Positions 57,804 to 64,000 of a stretch of 64,000 nt of DNA are shown piece by piece. The DNA is from Candidatus Kaiserbacteria bacterium RIFOXYB1_FULL_46_14 (GTDB taxonomy: Bacteria > Patescibacteriota > Minisyncoccia > Phycocordibacterales > UBA918). The notes beneath the pieces are model-generated. The model saw only the letters and a program-made list of their open reading frames with translations. It was not told where the DNA came from and did not search any database. The stretch lies in contig MFMS01000006.1 of NCBI GenBank assembly GCA_001783525.1, forward strand, positions 21,074 to 85,073, written 5' to 3'. The position numbers and the translations under genes are program-made. How positions within the stretch are numbered: position 1 is the stretch's first letter; each line of letters starts with the position of its first letter.

Positions 57804-58184
57804 ATGCGATTAATGGGAATTGATTACGGTACAAAGCGGGTTGGGGTAGCTCTTTCTGACGAGAGCGGCAGGATGGCTTTTCCCCATATTGTGCTCGATA
57901 ATGACGGTAAACTCCTTGAACAGTTAGAGAAAATTATCAAAGAAAGAGCAGTGGGGGAGATTGTGATCGGACATTCGCTTGATCGATCGGGCCGACCAAA
58001 TGCCGTCCATGGTGAAGTGGAAGAATTGATTGGAGATCTTACTCTGCGAGTAGGTTTGCCGATTCATCTAGAGGCCGAACAGTATTCGACTCAAGAGGCC
58101 TTACGAGATCAGGGGCGTACTGCACAGACCGACGCGTCTGCGGCAGCCATCATATTGAATAGTTTTATAACCAAGAAAAAATGA
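57804..58184 (+). CDS. yqgF: YqgF/RuvX pre-16S rRNA nuclease
   Basis: MGIDYGTKRVGVALSD and DASAAAIIL motifs. Confidence 0.92.
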   Translation: MRLMGIDYGTKRVGVALSDESGRMAFPHIVLDNDGKLLEQLEKIIKERAVGEIVIGHSLDRSGRPNAVHGEVEELIGDLTLRVGLPIHLEAEQYSTQEALRDQGRTAQTDASAAAIILNSFITKKK

Positions 58185-58525
58185 TAAGTTACGATGATTT
58201 TGCGAAGCTTGAGATAAAGATCGGTACGATTGTTGCGGTTGAGGTGATTGAAGATGCAGACAAACTTCTAAAACTAACGGTTGATCTTGGTGAAGTTGAT
58301 GAAAATAATGAACCGAAACAGCGACAGATCGTTTCTGGTATTCGTCCGTATTTTGAAGACCCTCAAGTCTTAGTAGGGAGACAGTGCCCGTTCCTTACCA
58401 ACCTTGAACCACGGGTTATTCGTGGCTTTGAAAGCCAAGGGATGATCTTAGCTGCCAGCGCAGACGAAATCTTTGCATTGCTCCATCCGAGTACCTCACT
58501 ACCAGCAGGCACCAAGGTAAAATAA
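58181..58525 (+). CDS. stand-alone tRNA-binding OB-fold protein (Trbp111/MetG C-terminal/CsaA-like)
   Basis: ADKLLKLTVDLG, RQIVSGI and NLEPR...SQGMIL motifs. Confidence 0.9.
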   Translation: MISYDDFAKLEIKIGTIVAVEVIEDADKLLKLTVDLGEVDENNEPKQRQIVSGIRPYFEDPQVLVGRQCPFLTNLEPRVIRGFESQGMILAASADEIFALLHPSTSLPAGTKVK

Positions 58526-58529
58526 TCAG

Positions 58530-59228
58530 ATGAATATTGAAGTTGATACACAGTCGCGCAATAAGGCCGAGTTCTACTCGGCTCTGGTTTGGATAATAGC
58601 CGGCGTTTCGCTAGTCATTTTTTGTGTTCTGGGATTGTTGAATACTGCGGTTCCTGGAGTCGCGGAACTTGTTGCGATGCTGTCCTCAATTGATAGCAAA
58701 TATGTATATGTGGCCGCCTTCGTTTCTATTTTTGTTGAAGGCCTATATTTCTTTGGCAGTTTCTTCCCAGGATCGACTCTGATTATAATCTTGACGCTAC
58801 TCTCGCAGCTATCTGGGCCAGTAGTCTTCGTGGGCACTATCTTGTCTGTATTTTTGGGTTGGTGTCTGGCGAGTTTGGTCAACATTTGGTTGGCGAAAAC
58901 TTATCATTTTAAAGTAGCTCGTTTGGGGGAAAACAGTGACTATAAAATCGAGGATCGTCTTTGGACTACTTGGTTCCCAGCCTTTAGAGCCAACTATGAA
59001 GTGGCACAGGTAACAGCAGGGGGTAATCCCGTCAAAGTTTTTTGGTCTTCGGTTCGAGTAAAGTTTTGGGCTAGTCTAGCTTCGGCAGGAGTGCTGTTGG
59101 TAGTGCCATACTTTGTGGACATCAATCAGATAAGTAACGAAGAGGGCTTTCTTTCAGTTGCGGCGGTAGCAGTAATAAGTTTCGGTGTAGGGTTTGTGAA
59201 AATGCGAAAGTATTTTCGTAGAGACTAG
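58530..59228 (+). CDS. DedA-like membrane protein
   Basis: FVEGLYFFGSFFPGSTL motif; multiple TM segments. Confidence 0.7.
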   Translation: MNIEVDTQSRNKAEFYSALVWIIAGVSLVIFCVLGLLNTAVPGVAELVAMLSSIDSKYVYVAAFVSIFVEGLYFFGSFFPGSTLIIILTLLSQLSGPVVFVGTILSVFLGWCLASLVNIWLAKTYHFKVARLGENSDYKIEDRLWTTWFPAFRANYEVAQVTAGGNPVKVFWSSVRVKFWASLASAGVLLVVPYFVDINQISNEEGFLSVAAVAVISFGVGFVKMRKYFRRD

Positions 59229-59274
59229 TAGTGTGGGACAAAAAGACTCGACCAAGGCCGAGTCTTTTTATTTG

Positions 59275-59346
59275 TGCCCCCGCTAGGAATCGAACCTAGA
59301 ATAACGGCTTAGAAGTCCGCAGTTATATCCATTTAACTACAGGGGC
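59275..59346 (-). tRNA. tRNA-Arg(TCT)
   Basis: GCCCCTG/CGGGGGC acceptor stem; loop CTTCTAA. Confidence 0.93.
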
Positions 59347-59456
59347 GAACGAGGAGGCAAATGAAAGTTTACTTGCATTTAAGCTCCGAGTGAAGACCCT
59401 GAAAGAAATTTTGTGAAGCGTTAGCGCAAACAAAACTTTCTTACAGGGGCGAACGA
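59338..59456. repeat. tRNA-5'-anchored hairpin cassette
   Basis: 15-bp direct repeat TACAGGGGCGAACGA at 59338 and 59442 around a TTTTGTGAA...AAACAAAA hairpin. Confidence 0.75.
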
Positions 59457-59603
59457 ACAAGTGCACTTAAGATCCGAACATAACCCTAGCAGATTTTTTG
59501 GGTTTCGAGAATGGGTCATCTCCAGAGGTGTCGAATTTGACATTGACAGACATAATTAATGGTAGTTACATATACCACTGGATCTGTAGCTAAGGAGGAA
59601 GTC

Positions 59604-59876
59604 ATGTTCTGGTTCTTTGTGTTTTTTCAACGTCTTACACATGCCACTTATGAGGTGGATGTGGCAAATTGTACGAAAGATCAAGTCGTTGAGCGCTGTG
59701 AGTCGCTCTTCAAAAATCCGCGAAATGCTGTAGTCGCTACGTCCAGTGACGGTATTCATCACTGGGGAATTCGCAACCTCAGCGCCTTGTGTGCCTTGTG
59801 TGAGCGGACTTCTATTGTCAGTGTTATGTCGATTTCAAATTCGGAAATCGACAAGTTGGTACCAAGTATTGGTTAA
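59604..59876 (+). CDS. small orphan protein
   Basis: SD AAGGAGG before ATG 59604; followed by GGACCCCA/TGGGGTCC terminator. Confidence 0.6.
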   Translation: MFWFFVFFQRLTHATYEVDVANCTKDQVVERCESLFKNPRNAVVATSSDGIHHWGIRNLSALCALCERTSIVSVMSISNSEIDKLVPSIG

Positions 59877-60018
59877 TCCAACAAGATCTTTTGTAGAAGG
59901 GGACCCCAAAGGTATGGGGTCCTTTATTTTATCCCAAGAGCAGGAATGCTATTGACTTTTATATATAAATATGCTATCCTGAAACAGATAGAAATGGCTA
60001 TTTGTAAGGAGTAAAGCC

Positions 60019-60192
60019 ATGGAAAAGTTATTTTTCACAGAGTCTGGGGTATTGAGAATCCGTTGGTGGCCGCTTCTCGGAGTGGCAGTATGGATTATCT
60101 GGGTCGCCGTGTCGCTTGGGATGGCGGCATCTGGGGCCTCAGGGCGAGCAGACCCGTTCATTCACGCCCCGTTGTACTGGATGTTCGGCTAA
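60019..60192 (+). CDS. small membrane protein (57 aa)
   Basis: Not in the ORF track: MEKLFFTESGVLRIRWWPLLGVAVWIIWVAVSLGMAASGASGRADPFIHAPLYWMFG; promoter TTGACT-17-TATCCT, SD AAGGAG, terminator near 60205-60246. Confidence 0.7.
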   Translation: MEKLFFTESGVLRIRWWPLLGVAVWIIWVAVSLGMAASGASGRADPFIHAPLYWMFG

Positions 60193-60265
60193 TGCCGAAC
60201 ATCCAAAGGCCGTCGATCACTTGTGATCGACGGCCTTTTATTTTTTGAATAGGGGAGGGGGTTTC

Positions 60266-60518
60266 ATGAGGGATTTGATCCTTACTTTCAAATGAGCGAG
60301 CGAAATGAACAAATGCTCTTGTTCATTTCCAAGCGAATGAGGAAAGAAAGCTATACTTACAGGATCAGTACACCTTTTGTATATTTTATTTCGTTGTTAC
60401 TCATAAAATATCTCAAAAGGTTTTCAAATCCCTACGCACGTGCGGCGGGGTACGTGCTCATCGCCCACAAATAAAAACCGCACACGTACGTGTGCGGTTT
60501 TTATTTGTGGGCGATGAG
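60266..60518. repeat. tRNA-3'-anchored hairpin cassette (Val locus) with nested insert
   Basis: Perfect 62-bp palindrome 60457-60518; inverted T-arm copy 60423-60433; direct copy 60266-60278; core shared with the Lys locus. Confidence 0.85.
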
Positions 60519-60580
60519 GGATTTGAACCCCCGACCTTCGCTGTGTAAAAGCGCTGCTCTACCAACTGAGCTAATCGCCC
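60508..60580 (-). tRNA. tRNA-Val(TAC)
   Basis: GGGCGAT/ATCGCCC acceptor stem; loop TTTACAC. Confidence 0.95.
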
Positions 60581-60661
60581 GTCCTGGACCGCTACATAGT
60601 ACAAGTTTTTTGAATTATTTCAATAATGAAGGAAACTCGTATAGTATTTAGGCGAATCGCT

Positions 60662-60937
60662 ATGTTGGAGATACAGTGCTTAATTAATGGTAAGGTACAG
60701 GGTGTTGCATATCGTACCTATGTGCAGGATTCGGCCACGGCTCTTAATCTAACTGGTTATGCGCGCAATTTGCCTGACGGCACGGTGGAGGTTGTTGCAC
60801 AAGGCGATCCAACAATCTTAAAAGAGTTTGTTGAGCATCTTCACGAAGGATCATTGTTGGCCGTGGTTGAGGGGGTTGCGGTAGAATGGCACACGGCTAA
60901 AAAAGAATTGGATGATTTCTCAATAAAGCATACTTAG
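60662..60937 (+). CDS. acyP: acylphosphatase
   Basis: GKVQGVAYR and GYARNLPDGTVEV motifs. Confidence 0.93.
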   Translation: MLEIQCLINGKVQGVAYRTYVQDSATALNLTGYARNLPDGTVEVVAQGDPTILKEFVEHLHEGSLLAVVEGVAVEWHTAKKELDDFSIKHT

Positions 60938-60941
60938 AGAC

Positions 60942-61679
60942 ATGGAAGAACCAAAAATAATTTTTGAAAACGACGACGTGTTGGTAATAGACAAGCCAAT
61001 TGGTTTGGCTGCGCACGGAGAAGGAGCTGATCCTGCCGGCACGGTGGTGGAATGGTTTTTACGCCGCGTGCCTGCGGCACGCGGCGTCGGAGAACCACGC
61101 GTTGGTAAAGATGGTAAAGAGATTGAGCGCAGCGGTATCGTGCATCGTCTTGATCGCGACACTTCAGGTGTAATGATCTTAGTCAAGACACAGGCATCCT
61201 TTGATCATCTGAAGGGTGAGTTTTTGGAGAGACGAGTTAAGAAAGAGTATCGCGCATTGGTGTACGGGGCGATGAAGGAGCGTTGGGGAACAATAAATCG
61301 ATCAATTGGCCGCAGTACCAAAGACTGGAAGCTTCGTTCGGCTGATCGGGGAGCGCGCGGGCACTTGCGCGAGGCGGTGACGGAATGGGAATGCTTACAG
61401 ATCGGACAGTATCAGGAGCTAGCCTTTTCTTATGTAAAGCTTCGACCGAAGACTGGTCGCATGCACCAGCTAAGAGTCCATCTAAAGGCAATTGGTCGCC
61501 CGATCGTGGGCGATCAACTCTATGCTGGCAACCAGTTGGGGACGGGTGATGACCTCGGTCTTAAAAGATTGGCCCTGCATGCCTTTTCTTTGACGATAGC
61601 GCTACCTTCTGGTGAAGATAAATCATTTGAAACACCGTTGCCACCGGAGCTTTCGGGCGCTATTGAACTTCTCGGTTAA
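60942..61679 (+). CDS. RluA family pseudouridine synthase
   Basis: [19 protein letters not shown] and GDQLY motifs. Confidence 0.95.
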   Translation: MEEPKIIFENDDVLVIDKPIGLAAHGEGADPAGTVVEWFLRRVPAARGVGEPRVGKDGKEIERSGIVHRLDRDTSGVMILVKTQASFDHLKGEFLERRVKKEYRALVYGAMKERWGTINRSIGRSTKDWKLRSADRGARGHLREAVTEWECLQIGQYQELAFSYVKLRPKTGRMHQLRVHLKAIGRPIVGDQLYAGNQLGTGDDLGLKRLALHAFSLTIALPSGEDKSFETPLPPELSGAIELLG

Positions 61680-61716
61680 TAGTGTTAGAGTACGCCCACT
61701 TTTTAAGACAGTATTT

Positions 61717-62253
61717 ATGAATTCTACTTTGGCAGGCATTTCTATTTCACCGGTCAACATGACCGATCGTAAGGCACTAGGTATTCGTGCCGGTGATACC
61801 GTGCGTGTTCACCAGAAGATCGAAGAAAAGGGCAAGACTCGCCTCCAGATATTCGAAGGTGTGGTATTGGCACGAAAGCATGGTGACGAGCCAGGTGCCA
61901 CTTTCACCGTACGCAAGGTTGCTTCAGGTGTGGGAGTTGAGAAGATTTACCCACTTTATTCTCCTTTGATCGACAAGATCGAGATTGTTAAGCGTTCTAA
62001 GGTACGTCGCGCTAAGCTCTACTTCATCCGCGATAAGGTAGCCCGCGAGATCAAGCGTCAGATGCGTCGCATGACCATCGTTGCTTTTGGTACTGAGTCC
62101 GAAATGGAAGCATCGGCGCGCGCTGAACAAGAAGCTAAGGCCGCAGAAGAAGCCGCCAAGAAAGCAGAAGAGGAAGCATTGAAGGAAGTTGTCGTAGAGG
62201 AGGCACCAGCTGAGGAGACTCCAGTTGCAGAAGAAGGGGAGAAGAAGGAGTAA
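61717..62253 (+). CDS. rplS: 50S ribosomal protein L19 with acidic C-terminal tail
   Basis: [20 protein letters not shown] and VRRAKLYF motifs. Confidence 0.96.
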   Translation: MNSTLAGISISPVNMTDRKALGIRAGDTVRVHQKIEEKGKTRLQIFEGVVLARKHGDEPGATFTVRKVASGVGVEKIYPLYSPLIDKIEIVKRSKVRRAKLYFIRDKVAREIKRQMRRMTIVAFGTESEMEASARAEQEAKAAEEAAKKAEEEALKEVVVEEAPAEETPVAEEGEKKE

Positions 62254-62363
62254 ATTTTTACTTACGGAAAACAAAGAGCGGCGCCAAAGGCGCCGCTCTT
62301 TGTTTTCCTTTGCTTGAAAATACTAAGAATGTTGCGTACAATCGGCGGGTCGCATCCGCGAAT

Positions 62364-62445
62364 GCCCAGGTGTTGAAATTGGTAGACAAGCTACCTTGAG
62401 GTGGTAGTGCCGAAAGGCGTGCTGGTTCAAGTCCAGTCCTGGGCA
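62364..62445 (+). tRNA. tRNA-Leu(GAG)
   Basis: CTACC-TTGAGGT-GGTAG anticodon arm; variable arm GCCGAAAGGC. Confidence 0.95.
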
Positions 62446-62648
62446 CAAAACGTTAAAGAAAACAGTGCCTGCGCACTGTTTTCTAGTTTTGTGAACCGGA
62501 GACATGTTTTCGTTTCTTTTACTAGAAACAAAAACAATCGAGGTCGGGGAGAAAGTGCTTAGTAGAATTGGAGCGAAGTGAACAATTATACTTAGCAACT
62601 TGACCCCAAAAAACAAATAAAAAATCGCGGCCGAGAGCCGCGATTTTT

Positions 62649-63161
62649 TTATTTATCAACCTCGATGAGGTGCTTGAGATAGGTTGTGAGATGCCCTCCA
62701 GGGGTGTCGTAGTGGCCGCTCATGCGTTTGATTGCCTCTGGCCCTAGAATATTGAGCGCGAGACCAAATCCTTCTGGGGATTCTTTGATACGGGGCAAAG
62801 CAGTGCGTCTTATACCAAAGCAGACGAGAGCTGGTTCTTTCGCGTCGTTTTGATTGTCTGAATAGTGTCCAGCCAATGCTAGGTCAGCCCCTTTTTCAAA
62901 TGAGTCGATCATCTCTTTGAGTAAGCCAGGCGGTTCTTTTAACTCGCCATCGATAATGATAAGCACATCACCTTTGATGCGATCTAAGTCTTCGGCCACC
63001 TCCTTGATGTGGGAACGGTCAACTGCCACTATTTCGTAAAGTGCGTTTGTCTCATCATCAAATATCGCACTTAGTGATTTGATCTGATTATCTAAAATAG
63101 CCTGGTCTGCGATCCAGGGAATGATGAGCGAGTAGCGGGGTGTGGTTTGGGAACTTTCCAT
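62649..63161 (-). CDS. reduced glycosyltransferase family 2-like protein
   Basis: YSLIIP, EIVAVD and GDVLIIIDGE...GADL GT2 landmarks; much shortened. Confidence 0.55.
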   Translation of the reverse strand: MESSQTTPRYSLIIPWIADQAILDNQIKSLSAIFDDETNALYEIVAVDRSHIKEVAEDLDRIKGDVLIIIDGELKEPPGLLKEMIDSFEKGADLALAGHYSDNQNDAKEPALVCFGIRRTALPRIKESPEGFGLALNILGPEAIKRMSGHYDTPGGHLTTYLKHLIEVDK

Positions 63162-63281
63162 TGAGTCAATTATATGTCGGACTCGTTATTTCCCTGTGGT
63201 ACAAGGGGGATAGTGAAAATGACGTTTTGCTTGCTCTTGTCGCCCAGAACGCAAAAACTCCCCGAAGGGAGTTTTCATTTG

Positions 63282-63353
63282 GGCGACTAGAGAGAATCGA
63301 ACTCTCGACACAGGATCCACAAACCTGAGTTTTACCACTAAACTATAGTCGCC
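63282..63353 (-). tRNA. tRNA-His(GTG)
   Basis: G-1:C73 pair; GCGACTA/TAGTCGC acceptor stem; loop TTGTGGA. Confidence 0.93.
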
Positions 63354-63409
63354 ATGTGGCATGATTTATAACTGTTTTTGACGGAATAGTCTAGTATAAT
63401 CATGGCAAT

Positions 63410-63499
63410 ATGGATGATGAAGGACGCAAATTAGTAATAGTGATTCTATTCGTCTTCGGGGCGGCAGTCGGATTTTATTTGTCGCGACTATTTTTTTAG
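63410..63499 (+). CDS. possible 29-aa single-TM microprotein
   Basis: MDDEGRKLVIVILFVFGAAVGFYLSRLFF, 9 nt after TATAAT. Confidence 0.35.
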   Translation: MDDEGRKLVIVILFVFGAAVGFYLSRLFF

Positions 63500-63508
63500 A
63501 ATCGATTT

Positions 63509-64000
63509 CTAACTAGTCTCTCCAGCTTGGTGTTGATCTGTCTCTAACTGGCCGTGGCCAAATGTTTCATGTGTGTAGATCAGCACTCCCGTCATCACCA
63601 CGAACCCCATAACAATAGAACTAAACGTGTACCAAAAACTTTGATAATTTTTTAGGTTGCCATGTACACGAGGTAAGAGGTCGGTAGCGGCGATGTAAAG
63701 AAGGTTGCCAGCGGCGAGACCGGTGATTATCCAGATATATTCCTCTAAGGTGGCGGCGAGGAGAATGGTGATCACCGTACCGACAATTATCGAAGAGGCA
63801 GATAAAAGGTTTCGCCAAGCGGCCTCGAAGCGACTGTATCCACCGCGAATCAAAACACCGAACTCAACTATTTCTTGCGGTATCTCATGGAGAGCAAGAC
63901 CGACCGCGACCGCGATACCGAGAGTTGGATCAATTAAGAAAGCGCTACCTAAGATAACGCCGTCGGCGAGATTGTGAATGGCGTCACCAATAAGGAGTAG
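63509..64000 (-). CDS. ZIP family metal transporter (5' end outside the window)
   Basis: Manual translation GDAIHNLADG...ALHEIPQEIVEFG; LYIAATDLLP. Confidence 0.92.
   Translation of the reverse strand, partial: LLLIGDAIHNLADGVILGSAFLIDPTLGIAVAVGLALHEIPQEIVEFGVLIRGGYSRFEAAWRNLLSASSIIVGTVITILLAATLEEYIWIITGLAAGNLLYIAATDLLPRVHGNLKNYQSFWYTFSSIVMGFVVMTGVLIYTHETFGHGQLETDQHQAGETS

Noticed and set aside
1-64000. Alternative genetic code 25 (TGA=Gly)
   Set aside because: Conserved genes are full length under code 11, and several end in TGA immediately before the next gene.

Overview
Core chromosomal segment of a small-genome bacterium, almost certainly Patescibacteria/CPR (Parcubacteria-like; TGA is used as stop, so code 11). 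The assignment is inferred from gene content and compact protein forms. The window spans the replication origin (yidC-rnpA-rpmH | dnaA-oriC-dnaN). It carries housekeeping genes (cca, xth, mltG, rpsO, comM, pcrA, rsmA, PBP1A, tyrS, ruvC/yebC/ruvB, pilB-like ATPase, tsaE, polA, holA, murE, lnt-like, rpsT, yqgF, rplS), eight tRNA genes without encoded CCA, a relaxase-free VirB4/PrgI/VirB6/pilin type IV secretion-like cluster next to oriC, and several small orphan genes. The most striking unexplained structure is non-coding. (1) A family of hairpin cassettes abuts at least five tRNA genes and carries alternating inverted and direct copies of that tRNA's own end; a sister family does the same at protein-gene stop codons. 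(2) A ~460-nt ORF-free, hairpin-rich transcription unit has its own promoter, terminator and an upstream DnaA box (3342-3805, minus strand). (3) A second structured RNA candidate lies at 40.1-40.4 kb. No CRISPR array, rRNA, transposase, integrase or prophage was seen. All calls were made by eye with no database search.
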